Shown here in pieces: positions 15,115-24,883 of a stretch of 27,671 nucleotides of DNA (position 1 is the stretch's first letter; each line of letters begins with the position of its first letter). Source of the DNA: Myxococcota bacterium (GTDB lineage: Bacteria; Myxococcota; UBA4151); the NCBI GenBank assembly GCA_036338695.1, contig JAYZBQ010000037.1, forward strand, positions 1-27,671. Direction: 5' to 3'. Under the pieces are notes generated by a model. That model saw only the letters and a list, made by a program, of their open reading frames with translations. It did no database searches and was not told where the DNA came from. A program made the translations under genes and the position numbers.

Positions 15115-16212
15115 ATGCGCCGACTCGCCATCGCGCTCTCGCTCGCACCCTTATCGACCGCCCTAGCCGGCGGTGAGGGTTTGTCATCAAGCTATCAACC
15201 TACGGCGACCAGCGCCGAGATGGTGGTGTATAAGAGCCGAGAGAAGACGCTGTCGATCGGGGCGAAGGGGCAGCTCTACGCGGCGCCGCTGGTGGGCGCC
15301 GATGCGCAGGCTCGTAACGGGGACCCGACGGATGCGATGGGGTTTGGTGTCGGGGGAGCCGGACTCGCAGTGGCCGCCACGCTGGGCGCTGACGTCGAGC
15401 TCTACATGGGGCTCGATCCGCTCGACGGCGGACAGCTCGACGACCTCCGGGTGCGCTGGACGTACCTCAAGGGGGAGCACAACGTCGGCGCGCTCGGGCT
15501 GGGTGTGGCGCAGGTGCCGTACAGCCGCTCGCTGTCGCGCAGCTCGAGCACGATGCGGTTCATGAACAAGCCGATCAGCAGCGGCGAGGCTGCCATCGGT
15601 GAGCGCGTCGGACTGACGGCGGAGGGTCAGTATTACGGTGGCAAGCTCGGGTACCTGCTCGGGGTGTACAACGGCGGTGAAGAGAAGACGACCAACCGAG
15701 CGGGGCTCGCCTACGGCGTACGGCTGGAGTCGGCGCCGCTCGGCCCGCTTGCGAAGCTCGCAGCGAAGGACCTTCGTGTGCACCTCGGCGCCGGCTTCGT
15801 GCTCGATCAAGGACCCAGCGTCACGACCACGGCGCTTAGCGGCGACCTCACCGTCCAAGGACCCGGCGGTTGGGGGCTCTTCGTGGAGTATCTGATGGAC
15901 ACCCGCGCACCGCTCGCTGAGCCGATCCTGCCGGCGAGCCTGCCCGGGACCGTCGAGCGCAACGTCTTAATCGTCGAGGGGAGCGCCTTCGCATGGCGAG
16001 ACCGGCTCGAGGTGGTGGCCCGCTGGGAACAGTACGACAACAACAAAGCGCTCACCGATCACGGCGACCAAAACGTGATCACCGGGGGCGCCAACCTGTA
16101 CTTCAAGGGGCACGACCTGAAGCTCCAGCTCAACCACATCCACCGGATCGAGAGGGAAGGGGTGAACCTCGACAACGACGTGCTCCTGCTCGGCGTGGCG
16201 GCGGCACTTTGA
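15115..16212 (+). CDS. Outer-membrane porin (OprO/OprP-like family)
   Basis: GGAGG RBS, signal peptide ending ALA, and strands QVPYSRS, YLLGVYNG, LEVVARWEQYD and ITGGANLYFKGHDLKLQLNH. Confidence 0.75.
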   Translation: MRRLAIALSLAPLSTALAGGEGLSSSYQPTATSAEMVVYKSREKTLSIGAKGQLYAAPLVGADAQARNGDPTDAMGFGVGGAGLAVAATLGADVELYMGLDPLDGGQLDDLRVRWTYLKGEHNVGALGLGVAQVPYSRSLSRSSSTMRFMNKPISSGEAAIGERVGLTAEGQYYGGKLGYLLGVYNGGEEKTTNRAGLAYGVRLESAPLGPLAKLAAKDLRVHLGAGFVLDQGPSVTTTALSGDLTVQGPGGWGLFVEYLMDTRAPLAEPILPASLPGTVERNVLIVEGSAFAWRDRLEVVARWEQYDNNKALTDHGDQNVITGGANLYFKGHDLKLQLNHIHRIEREGVNLDNDVLLLGVAAAL

Positions 16213-19200
16213 GGTCCGCTAGCCTCCTCATCGGGGCGCTCTGCGCAGCCTGCGGCGCGCCCGAGCCGAGGACCTACGCTGAGGTTCTCGAGATCACCGA
16301 GCGCTCGCAGCTGATCGGCGGTCCGGGCGCACAGGGCGCGATCGGTGACTACCTGATCCAGAACGACAAGATCCGCGTCATCATCCACGGGCGCGCTGGG
16401 GACACGGGCAGCAGCACCGCCTTTGGTGGGTCGATCCTCGACGCTGACATCCAGCGACCGCAGGCTGAGTTTAGCGGCGGACAAGGGCGCGACAACCTCT
16501 ACGAGCTGGGTCCGCTGGTGAGCCTGGCGGTGGTGCGACCTGAGTCCAAAGCGTCCTTTAGCATGCGCGATGACAACGGCACCGCGGTGTTGCGCGTCGA
16601 GAGCCCGATGGGGAACATCGTCGACGTGATCTCACTGTTTGGAACGGTCGTCCCCGAACTTGCGGTCCAAGATATGTGGTTCGCCATCGAGTATGCGCTG
16701 CGCCCCGGAGAGAACTTCCTGCGCATCGGCGTCGAGGCGTACCGTGAGGGTGAGCCGCAAGGGGCGGTGGATGTCGTCGATATGACCACGATTCAGGGTA
16801 CCGAGCCCTTTATCGGGATCCTCAAAGGGGATCGAGAGCTCGGCGACCGAGACCCTTGCCCCGACGCCGGCTGCCCCGATGGGCAGAGCTGCCAATCGGT
16901 TCAAGGTGAGCAGACCTGCCGCGCCGTCGACGCCGAGATCGGCGGGTTGTTCGGTGGCTGGCTGGCGCTGATCGGCAAAAAGACCAAAAACTTTGTCCCG
17001 GGTAATGGCTTTAACTCGACCTTGAGCTTGACGTCTGCCTTTGCGCGCGGCGCCGATTTCTTTGAGAACCCGGCGCCCTTCGCCTTCATGGCGGGCGCGG
17101 GTGATGGAGTGAGCTATGCGCTGCATACGGACGGCGACCTGCTCATCCCGGTCGCCACAAGCGCCTTCACGTTGGCGATCAGCCACGAGGTCCACTGCAC
17201 GGTGGATCAGCCGAACTGCCTGCGCGGAAAAGGGGTCCGCATGAACGGCTACTTCGCCGTCGGCGAGGGGGACATCGCCTCGGCGGTAGATGGCTTGATC
17301 ACCTTGCGCGACTTGCCCGCCTCAACGCTCGAGGGGGTGGTCCTCGACCAGCGAACGGGCGCGCCGGTCTCCAAGGCGGACGTGATCGTGTTCGCTGACC
17401 CCTGGCCTGGAGCCAGCGATAAGGACGTTGCCGGAAAGACCTACGAAGAGCTGGTAGCAGCGCATCGAGCGGCGACGACCGACGCCGTGAACACCGCGGG
17501 TGTGGCAGGGATTCTGACCCATATGCGCTCGGATGTGGGGACGGATGATGTCCTCGACGGCTCCTTCTCTGGGCGGGTCGTCTTACCCGATGGAGCGAGT
17601 GAGCGCGTCTTCCTCGTCGCCAAAGATCACGAGCAGCTCAGCGAGCCGGTCCCGGTTCGGTTTGTGGGCGGCAAGGCGCAAGCGGTCGTGGTGCTGCCCC
17701 AGCAGGGACACCTCGACGTCGAGGTGCGGGACGAGAACGGGCTGCGCCTGCCTGCGCGCATCACCATCGGCCGCTGCATGCCTGAGTGTGCGGTGGACGC
17801 CGACTGCTCGGGCGACGGCGCCAGGGTCTGCGACCCCGCCGAGCGACGCTGCGTCCCGGCTGGCGGGTGCTCGGTCGATTCGGACTGCGACCCGGACGAG
17901 AGCTGCGACCTTGCGAGCAGCCAATGCGTCTGCGACGGGCGCTATCAGCTGCCCACTGAGCTGGGTGGGCACTGGCCGGTCGACGGCGTGACCGAGCGCC
18001 ACTACGTGAGCCCGGACGGCGACGAGTTTGAGCTCCCTGCGGGCGTCTACGAGCTGATCGCCTCGCGCGGGATCGAGTACAGCATCGACCGACAGTACGT
18101 TCGGCTCACCTCTGGAAAGCACACGCGGGTGATCGCGCACGTCGAGCGCGTGATCGACACCACGGGCTTTATCTCAGCCGACTTTCACGTCCACGGCTCG
18201 AACAGCCCGGACTCGGCGGTGCCGACGGCTCGCCGCGTCATGAGTTTTGCGGGGGAAGGGGTCGAGCTGTTGACCGGCACCGACCACGATGTCCTCACCG
18301 ACTATCAGCCGATGCTCCGCTCGCTCGGGCTTGAGCCCTGGATGACCACGCAGACGGGGGTCGAGAGCTCGCCGCTGATGCTCAGTCACTTCCTCGGGTT
18401 TCCGATGAACATCGACGTCACGCAACCGCAGCAGATGCCCTCTTCGTCGCGTTTTGATTGGTACGCTCGAGACGCCAAGGCGATCATGGATAAGATCCGC
18501 GCCGGGGGGAGCCTCGGGGGTGAAGCCGACGCGGTGGTCCTGTTGGCGCACGTGTACGACTACTTTAACTATTACGAGCTGGACTCGTACACGCTCGAGC
18601 CGGCGGGGAACGCGCTGTTTGCGCTCGCTGATCCCATCCTAGATCGGCAGTTCTTTAGCGGTGAGTTCGATGGCTTTGAGGTCGCCAACGGCAAGTCACA
18701 GGATTACATCCGCAAGCCGACAGTGGGCGAGATGCGTCGCTACAATGAGGGCCTCAAAGGGTTGGTGGATCGCTTGAGCGGCGGTGAGATCGACCTGGCG
18801 CAGTTCTCCAAGCTGCACCAAGCGCTCGGGCGTGAGGTGATCGGACAGATGTTGAGCCGCACACCGGACGAGCAGGATGCGTTTATGGACGCCCGAGAGG
18901 GCGTCGACTGCAGCTGCATGCCCGCCGAGTCCTGCGCCGAGGGAGCCGCCGCCACGGCACCGTGTCTGGAGCCTCGAGGCGTGGTCGAGGACTGGTTTCG
19001 CATGGCGAACGCCGGCGTGTTTCGGACCGGGGTCGCCAACTCGGATACCCACGACCTGTGGGAGATCGAGGCGGGGATGCCGCGCAACTACGTCGTGAGC
19101 CCCACGGATCTACCCGTTCAGATCGACTACAACACCATCGACGCCAACGTACGCAAAGGGCAGGTGGTCGGATCCTACGGCCCCTTCGTGCGCTTTACGG

Positions 19201-19700
19201 TGAACGATCAAGGGGTCGGCTCGGAGTTCGAGGCGAGCGGCTCGGTGCGCTTAGCGGTGCAGGTGCAGTCGCCGACCTGGTTCGACGTCGACCGCGTGGA
19301 GGTCTACCGCAACGGTCGGTTGATCCGGATCGTGACCGCCTGCGCAGGGGGGCAGACGAGCGACTGCATCGTCACACCCAACACCGAGATCGTGAACCTG
19401 AACCTGGTCTTTGATGATCAGCCGACGCAGGATAGCTGGTACGCCGTCGCCGCCATGGGGATCAACGGGCGTGACCTCGCGCCGGTCTACAGCAGCATGC
19501 CGCTGGCTCGTTTGGGGTTCAACGAGACGGTGGACAGCTTGGGCGCCATCTTGCCGGTGGACATCGGCGGTGGGTCGATGAAGGAGCCCAGCGTCTACCC
19601 CGTGTTGCCGTATGCCATCACCAACCCGATCCGGGTGATCGTGGATGGAGACGGTCAGTTCACGCCGCCTTCGGGTAGGCGCCCGTCCTGGGAGCCCTAG
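16209..19700 (+). CDS. CehA/McbA-family (PHP-fold) metallohydrolase lipoprotein with Cys-rich insertions
   Basis: TTG start overlapping the porin TGA (TTGA) gives the lipobox MRSASLLIGALCAAC. N-terminal GGPGAQGAIGDYLIQNDKIR; PHP ligand motifs ADFHVH, TDHD, SHF, AHV and NSDTH; C-terminal AITNPI. Confidence 0.8.
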   Translation: MRSASLLIGALCAACGAPEPRTYAEVLEITERSQLIGGPGAQGAIGDYLIQNDKIRVIIHGRAGDTGSSTAFGGSILDADIQRPQAEFSGGQGRDNLYELGPLVSLAVVRPESKASFSMRDDNGTAVLRVESPMGNIVDVISLFGTVVPELAVQDMWFAIEYALRPGENFLRIGVEAYREGEPQGAVDVVDMTTIQGTEPFIGILKGDRELGDRDPCPDAGCPDGQSCQSVQGEQTCRAVDAEIGGLFGGWLALIGKKTKNFVPGNGFNSTLSLTSAFARGADFFENPAPFAFMAGAGDGVSYALHTDGDLLIPVATSAFTLAISHEVHCTVDQPNCLRGKGVRMNGYFAVGEGDIASAVDGLITLRDLPASTLEGVVLDQRTGAPVSKADVIVFADPWPGASDKDVAGKTYEELVAAHRAATTDAVNTAGVAGILTHMRSDVGTDDVLDGSFSGRVVLPDGASERVFLVAKDHEQLSEPVPVRFVGGKAQAVVVLPQQGHLDVEVRDENGLRLPARITIGRCMPECAVDADCSGDGARVCDPAERRCVPAGGCSVDSDCDPDESCDLASSQCVCDGRYQLPTELGGHWPVDGVTERHYVSPDGDEFELPAGVYELIASRGIEYSIDRQYVRLTSGKHTRVIAHVERVIDTTGFISADFHVHGSNSPDSAVPTARRVMSFAGEGVELLTGTDHDVLTDYQPMLRSLGLEPWMTTQTGVESSPLMLSHFLGFPMNIDVTQPQQMPSSSRFDWYARDAKAIMDKIRAGGSLGGEADAVVLLAHVYDYFNYYELDSYTLEPAGNALFALADPILDRQFFSGEFDGFEVANGKSQDYIRKPTVGEMRRYNEGLKGLVDRLSGGEIDLAQFSKLHQALGREVIGQMLSRTPDEQDAFMDAREGVDCSCMPAESCAEGAAATAPCLEPRGVVEDWFRMANAGVFRTGVANSDTHDLWEIEAGMPRNYVVSPTDLPVQIDYNTIDANVRKGQVVGSYGPFVRFTVNDQGVGSEFEASGSVRLAVQVQSPTWFDVDRVEVYRNGRLIRIVTACAGGQTSDCIVTPNTEIVNLNLVFDDQPTQDSWYAVAAMGINGRDLAPVYSSMPLARLGFNETVDSLGAILPVDIGGGSMKEPSVYPVLPYAITNPIRVIVDGDGQFTPPSGRRPSWEP

Positions 19701-19706
19701 CGGGGT

Positions 19707-22700
19707 ATGGCGCGGCGAGTCCACGCACCCCCGACGGGTGAGCTTGCGATCGTGTTTTGTGACGTCCAGGACGCTCGCGTGCTCTGGGACCGAGCCGCGC
19801 ACTCGATGCAGGCTGCGCTCGAGCTCTATCAGCGGTTGATGCGCGAGGTGATCTCGGACCTTGGAGCTTATGAGGTGCGCACCAAGGGCGACGCGTTCAT
19901 GATCGCAGCGCCCGACGCGACCCTGGCGCTTCGACTGTGTTTCGAGGCGCAGCGGCGGCTGCTCGAGTGTCCGTGGCCCGGAGCGATCATGCAGCAGCCC
20001 TCCGGCGCCGTCGTCGAGACCGAGGACGGTGCGCCGCTCTTTCGCGGCCTACGTGTACGGATGGGGATTCATGCAGGACGTCCCCGCTGCAAGCCGGACC
20101 CGATGACCGGACGGATGGATTATGTCGGCGGCATGGTGAACCGAGCAGCGCGCGTCGCCGACGCCGCGCATGGCGGTCAGATTCTGCTGACCCACGCCGC
20201 CTTTGAGGCGCTGGACGAGGGCGTCGATGCGCACTGGCGTGACCTCGGAGTGCACCGCCTGCGCGGCTTGCGGCGCGAGGAGCACTTACGCCAAGCGCTC
20301 TCGATCCCCCTGGCGGCTCGACGGTTTCCGCCGGTGCGTACCTTCGGCCTGCGCCACGCCGCCATGCCGGTGACCGACCACGAGTTCTTTGGCCGCAGCG
20401 CAGAGCTTGAGCAGATCCGCAGGACGCTGCATCTCGAGGCGGGAGCGGTGGTCGTCCTGGCAGCCGGAGGGATGGGCAAGACGCGCTTCGCGCTGCGGTT
20501 CGCTGAGCTCTACGGTGACGAGTTCGACGGCGGGGTGTGGTTCTGCGACCTGTCGGCTGCGCAGACCCTCGAGGGGCTGCTGCGGGAGGTGGCGCGGGCG
20601 CTCGGGCTCGCCTTGGTCGGCGCCTCGGTCGAGCCGCAGATCGAGCAGATCGGGTTTGCGCTCGCCGGCCGGGAAGAGGCGCTCTTCTTGTTTGACAACG
20701 TCGAGCAGGTGGCGCGCGAGCTCGCTGCGGTGCTGCCGCATTGGCTCAAGCAGACGCCAGAAGCCCGCTACCTGATCACCTCGCAGCGCGCGATCGCGGG
20801 CGAGGACATCGTCGAGTTTGAGTTGCCCACGCTCGATCAAGAGGCAGCCTACGAGCTTTTCGTTCGGCGTGCTCAGCTCGTCGACCCCAAGTTCTCGGCG
20901 GATGAGCGACAAGCCAAGCGGATTCATCGGCTGATCGAGCGCCTCCAGCGCATCCCGCTTGCGATCGCCATGGCCGCCTCTCGTGTGGATGTCTTTAGCC
21001 TGTCGCGGCTCGAGAAGCGCCTCGGCGCAAGCTTTGCAGCGCTGAGCCCCGGATCGAGCAAAGCCGAGCGAGTGGACCAGACGCTCAGCCATTTAGGTGA
21101 CTGGTCGTGGAGCCTGCTGCCGGACTGGGCCTGTGAGATTTTGATGCAATGCGCCACCTTTGTTGGCGGCTTCAACCTGGCGCAGGCGAAGGGCGTGATC
21201 GACCTGTCGAACTTCCCCGAGAGCCCGCCGGTTGAGGAGGCGCTCGAGACCTTATGCAGCCAGAGCTTACTCTATCGAGCGATGGCGCCTGAGCTGCGAA
21301 GCGAGCAGCGCTATGGTCTGTACGGCGTGGTCTACGCTCAGGCAAAACAGGCGCTGCAGAGCAGCGGGTCGGTGGACGCCGTGATGGAGCGACACGCTCA
21401 GGTGTACCTCGAGCTCGCTGAGCGTCTAAGTGCTCTGGTCTCCGGTCCGGACGGGCTGGACGCGATCAACCGCCTCGCCGCCGACCTCAATAACATCCTG
21501 GTAGTCCACAAACGCTTTGAAGAGCTCCGGCCGATCTGGGCGGCACGCGCCACCAACAGCCTCATGCCACTGCTCATCCAGCGCGGCCCGATCTTGCTCG
21601 CGGTCGAGCTGCTCGAAGACGGCGCCGCAGCCCGCGAGCGGCTGCCTGCGGCGCAGCGGCTCAAAGGGCTGGCTTGGCGCTGTGAGGTGCGGCGTCTGGT
21701 GGGGCAGAATCCAGGCGCTCAGGCCGACGCCGAGGAGATGCTCCGGCTCGCGAAGGCGCTCGATGATGAACAAGCGATCGCGGGCGCGTGGAGTCGTCTG
21801 GCGGTGATCGATCGCGAGCTCGGTGAGCGGACCCGCGCCAAGCGCCGGATGCGGCGCGCTCAGCGCGCCGTGGAGACGCTCGGCGACGACGCGCTGCATG
21901 CACGCATCCTCAACAACCTAGCGGTCTTTGAGATCGAGCAGGGTAAGCCCTTGCAAGCCGAGGTCCTGCAGCGGCGCGCCCTCGACCTGCTGCGTCAGGT
22001 AGGAGACCATCAGCGAGAGTGGAGCATCTGGTGCAACCTCGGCACGATGAGGATGGACCATGGCGATCTGCACGAGGCGGATGAACACTACAACCAGGCG
22101 CTCTCGCTGGCGCTGGGGCTTGGGCAGATTGAGGCGCAGGCGCTGGTCTTGTCGAACATGGGAACGCTCTACTGGCGCTTGGGGCAGCGTGATCAGGCGG
22201 AGGGCTTGTACACGCGCGCACTGGTGCTGTTGCGCTCGTCCGGGTCGCGGCGGGCGGAAGGGTATATCCTGGCGATGCTCGGCGGCTTGACCGGCGATCA
22301 AGGCTTGGAGGAGCAGGCGCGGCTTCGTCTGGAGCGAGCCGGCGCGATCTTGAACGAGCTGCGTGACCCGATCGGGCCGCGCCTGGTGCACCTGGCGCAC
22401 GCGTTTGTCGACCTAGCGCAGGTTCGACGGGCGCATGGAGAGGGTGACCTGCCAGCGTCCAAGCGCGCCAAAGCGCGGGCTGACAAGCGACGCAAAGAGA
22501 TTAAGAAGCCGATCGCCCCGGGCGGGCCGTCACCCGTTGAGGTCTCGGATGATGTGCGCTCGTTGCTTACGTTGCTTGAGCGGAGCGTCGCCGAGCTGCC
22601 GCGCCTCAAGCCAGGCGTCGTCGGCGGCGCCGCTGCGATCCGCCGCTGGGTCCCTTGGGAAGAGGAGCTCGTGGCAGAAGATACAGCCGTGGACGGTGAG

Positions 22701-22727
22701 TCCCTCGCGGACGACTACGACGCCTGA
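19707..22727 (+). CDS. Class III adenylate/guanylate cyclase - STAND ATPase - TPR protein
   Basis: Cyclase motifs IVFCDV, GDAFMIA, LRVRMGIHAG and MDYVGGMVNRAARV. Walker A AAGGMGKT (20460-20483), Walker B LFLFDNVE and RIPLAI, then TPR-like NNLA / CNLG / SNMG repeats. Confidence 0.9.
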   Translation: MARRVHAPPTGELAIVFCDVQDARVLWDRAAHSMQAALELYQRLMREVISDLGAYEVRTKGDAFMIAAPDATLALRLCFEAQRRLLECPWPGAIMQQPSGAVVETEDGAPLFRGLRVRMGIHAGRPRCKPDPMTGRMDYVGGMVNRAARVADAAHGGQILLTHAAFEALDEGVDAHWRDLGVHRLRGLRREEHLRQALSIPLAARRFPPVRTFGLRHAAMPVTDHEFFGRSAELEQIRRTLHLEAGAVVVLAAGGMGKTRFALRFAELYGDEFDGGVWFCDLSAAQTLEGLLREVARALGLALVGASVEPQIEQIGFALAGREEALFLFDNVEQVARELAAVLPHWLKQTPEARYLITSQRAIAGEDIVEFELPTLDQEAAYELFVRRAQLVDPKFSADERQAKRIHRLIERLQRIPLAIAMAASRVDVFSLSRLEKRLGASFAALSPGSSKAERVDQTLSHLGDWSWSLLPDWACEILMQCATFVGGFNLAQAKGVIDLSNFPESPPVEEALETLCSQSLLYRAMAPELRSEQRYGLYGVVYAQAKQALQSSGSVDAVMERHAQVYLELAERLSALVSGPDGLDAINRLAADLNNILVVHKRFEELRPIWAARATNSLMPLLIQRGPILLAVELLEDGAAARERLPAAQRLKGLAWRCEVRRLVGQNPGAQADAEEMLRLAKALDDEQAIAGAWSRLAVIDRELGERTRAKRRMRRAQRAVETLGDDALHARILNNLAVFEIEQGKPLQAEVLQRRALDLLRQVGDHQREWSIWCNLGTMRMDHGDLHEADEHYNQALSLALGLGQIEAQALVLSNMGTLYWRLGQRDQAEGLYTRALVLLRSSGSRRAEGYILAMLGGLTGDQGLEEQARLRLERAGAILNELRDPIGPRLVHLAHAFVDLAQVRRAHGEGDLPASKRAKARADKRRKEIKKPIAPGGPSPVEVSDDVRSLLTLLERSVAELPRLKPGVVGGAAAIRRWVPWEEELVAEDTAVDGESLADDYDA

Positions 22728-22796
22728 TTTCGGCGCAGGACCACTTGCCGAGATGCAGCCCGCCGGTTAGCCCTGAGCGCACGACAGGAGATCACC

Positions 22797-23255
22797 ATGA
22801 GCCTTTTGGGACAGCCCGCGCCGGATTTTAACCTCAAAGACAGCGACCACAATTGGGTCCGCCTGTCCGACCTGCGCGGCAAGAAGGTGATCTTAGCGTT
22901 TTACCCAGCAGCCTTCACCGGGGTGTGCGAGAAAGAGGTCTGCACCTTCCAAGAGGACCTCTCGGAGCTGCGGGGCGCCGGGGCAGAGGTCTTTGGCGTC
23001 AGCGTGGACGCACCTTTTAGCAACGCCGTCTTTCGGAGCCAGACAGGGGCTGAGTATGCGCTGCTCTCGGACCCGGCGGGTGAGGTCATCAAGGCGTACG
23101 ACGTCGTCTTCCCCGACTTCGCCGGGATCGCCGGCTACGACGTGGCCAAGCGCTCCGTGTTCATCGTCGATGAGCAGGGCACCGTGAGCTATGAGTGGAT
23201 TGCGCCCAATCCCGGAGTCGAGCCCGATTACGCGGCGGTCAAGGCGGCGCTCTAG
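22797..23255 (+). CDS. Peroxiredoxin (AhpC/TSA family, AhpE/PrxQ-like)
   Basis: APDFNL, PxxxTxxC motif FYPAAFTGVC with a second Cys five residues later, and KRSVFIVD. AGGAG RBS. Confidence 0.9.
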   Translation: MSLLGQPAPDFNLKDSDHNWVRLSDLRGKKVILAFYPAAFTGVCEKEVCTFQEDLSELRGAGAEVFGVSVDAPFSNAVFRSQTGAEYALLSDPAGEVIKAYDVVFPDFAGIAGYDVAKRSVFIVDEQGTVSYEWIAPNPGVEPDYAAVKAAL

Positions 23256-23257
23256 GC

Positions 23258-24817
23258 GTGCAACTCCCTGCTGAGCTCAAGCTCGGGTTCTGGGATTTTG
23301 CCGAGCAGAACCCTCAGGCGCTCGCGGTCGTTGAGCCCGACGGCACCGAGGTCTTGGCGGGTGACTTGCTCGCTGGCTGCAATCAGTTGGTCCACGCGCT
23401 CAGGGCGCAGGGGCTGAACCAAGGGGACTGCGTCGCCTTTGTGTTGCCCAACAGCGGCGCCGTGCTCGAGATTTTCATGGCGGCAGCGCAAGCCGGCTGG
23501 TTCATCACCCCGATCAACAGCCACCTAGCCGTCGGCGAGATGGCGTACATCTTGGAAGACTGCGGCGCCAAAGCCGTCTTTGGCTCTGCTATCTACGCTG
23601 AGCGCCTGGCGCCCGCCTGCGACCAAGCGGGCCTGAGCCATGAGCAGCGCTTCTTTGTGGGCGAGGCGATCGCTGGGTTCTCGGATTACGCCGCCCTCAA
23701 AGCGGGGCAGCCTATTTCCACGCCGGGCGCGCGCTCAGCCGGGAGCCCGATGACCTACACCTCGGGCACGACCGGGCGTCCAAAGGGGGTCCGGCGCGCC
23801 GTCTTCGATGCGCCGCCTGAGGTGGTCTCGACCCAGCAGGCATTGTTCCTGAGCCTGTTCGGGATGCTGCCCGGCAGCCAGCACGTGCACCTGAACGTCG
23901 CGCCGCTCTACCACACGGCGGTCATCAACTTTGCCAGCAACCACTTGCACCTAGGACACACCGTCGTGCTCATGGACAAGTGGACCCCCGAGGGGATGCT
24001 CGAGCGGATCGAGCGCTATCGAGTTACCACGACGCATATGGTCCCGACCATGTTCGTGCGCTTGCTGAAGATGGATGAGGCAGAGCGCCTCGCCTACGAC
24101 TGCTCGAGCGTCTCGCATATGATCCACGGCGCAGCGCCCTGCCCGGTCGACGTCAAGCAGCGGATGCTCGCGTGGTGGGGTGAGGCGGTCTACGAGTACT
24201 ACGCCGCCAGCGAAGGCGGCGGGACCTTGGTGACGCCGCAGCAATGGCTGGAGAAACCGGGCACGGTGGGTCCGCCCTGGCCGATCTCGGAGATCGAGAT
24301 CCGCGATGACGACGGCGCCCTCGTACCCGTTGGGGAGCCCGGCACCGTCTGGATCGCGATGGGCGAGCACCGGTTCACCTACCACGGCGACGAGGCGAAG
24401 ACCCGAGAAGCCTGGAGGGATCGCTTCTTCACTGTCGGCGACGCCGGCTACCTCGACGAGGACGGATGGCTCTACCTTTGCGACCGCAAGGCCGATATGA
24501 TCATCAGCGGCGGCGTGAACATTTACCCGGCGGAGATCGAGGCGGTGCTCCTGCGACACGATCAGGTGCTCGACGCCGCAGTGTTCGGCGTCCCGGATGA
24601 GGACTGGGGCGAGGCGGTCCACGCCGTCTTGCAGCTGCGCCCCGACGCCGGTGAGGTGGAGGCGGAGGTGCGCAGGTTCTGCGCCGAGCAGCTGGCGCGC
24701 TACAAGCAACCGAAGAGCTACGGTTTTGTCGACGAGCTCCCGCGAGACCCAAACGGTAAGCTCTACAAACGGCGCCTGCGCGACCCGTTCTGGGCTGGCC
24801 GAGACCGCGCCATTTAG
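23258..24817 (+). CDS. Acyl-CoA synthetase / AMP-dependent ligase
   Basis: YTSGTTGRPKG, EYYAASEGG, GDAGYLD, DRKADMIISGGVNIYPAEIE and PNGKLYK. The GTG start lies 2 nt after the peroxiredoxin stop. Confidence 0.92.
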   Translation: MQLPAELKLGFWDFAEQNPQALAVVEPDGTEVLAGDLLAGCNQLVHALRAQGLNQGDCVAFVLPNSGAVLEIFMAAAQAGWFITPINSHLAVGEMAYILEDCGAKAVFGSAIYAERLAPACDQAGLSHEQRFFVGEAIAGFSDYAALKAGQPISTPGARSAGSPMTYTSGTTGRPKGVRRAVFDAPPEVVSTQQALFLSLFGMLPGSQHVHLNVAPLYHTAVINFASNHLHLGHTVVLMDKWTPEGMLERIERYRVTTTHMVPTMFVRLLKMDEAERLAYDCSSVSHMIHGAAPCPVDVKQRMLAWWGEAVYEYYAASEGGGTLVTPQQWLEKPGTVGPPWPISEIEIRDDDGALVPVGEPGTVWIAMGEHRFTYHGDEAKTREAWRDRFFTVGDAGYLDEDGWLYLCDRKADMIISGGVNIYPAEIEAVLLRHDQVLDAAVFGVPDEDWGEAVHAVLQLRPDAGEVEAEVRRFCAEQLARYKQPKSYGFVDELPRDPNGKLYKRRLRDPFWAGRDRAI

Positions 24818-24870
24818 ACCGCTCCACCCCTTGACCGCGAACCTCTTGGGGTGGTGGTCTGAACGTCTCT

Positions 24871-24876
24871 AAGGAG
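24871..24876 (+). promoter_or_regulatory. Shine-Dalgarno AAGGAG of the large Ig-like lipoprotein gene
   Basis: AAGGAG lies 7 nt before the ATG at 24884. Confidence 0.75.
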
Positions 24877-24883
24877 CACTCTC

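Noticed and set aside
15993..16208. Upstream extension of the hydrolase ORF (likewise the track starts at 3087, 6294, 6706, 12931, 14100, 14150 and 23195)
   Set aside because: The extensions overlap neighbouring genes or bury signal peptides. Downstream starts give an RBS, lipobox or coupled stop/start.
22797..24817. Peroxiredoxin and acyl-CoA synthetase as a functional unit or as acyl donor for the MBOAT
   Set aside because: Both are ordinary enzymes, far from the MBOAT, with no carrier protein. Adjacency alone is insufficient.
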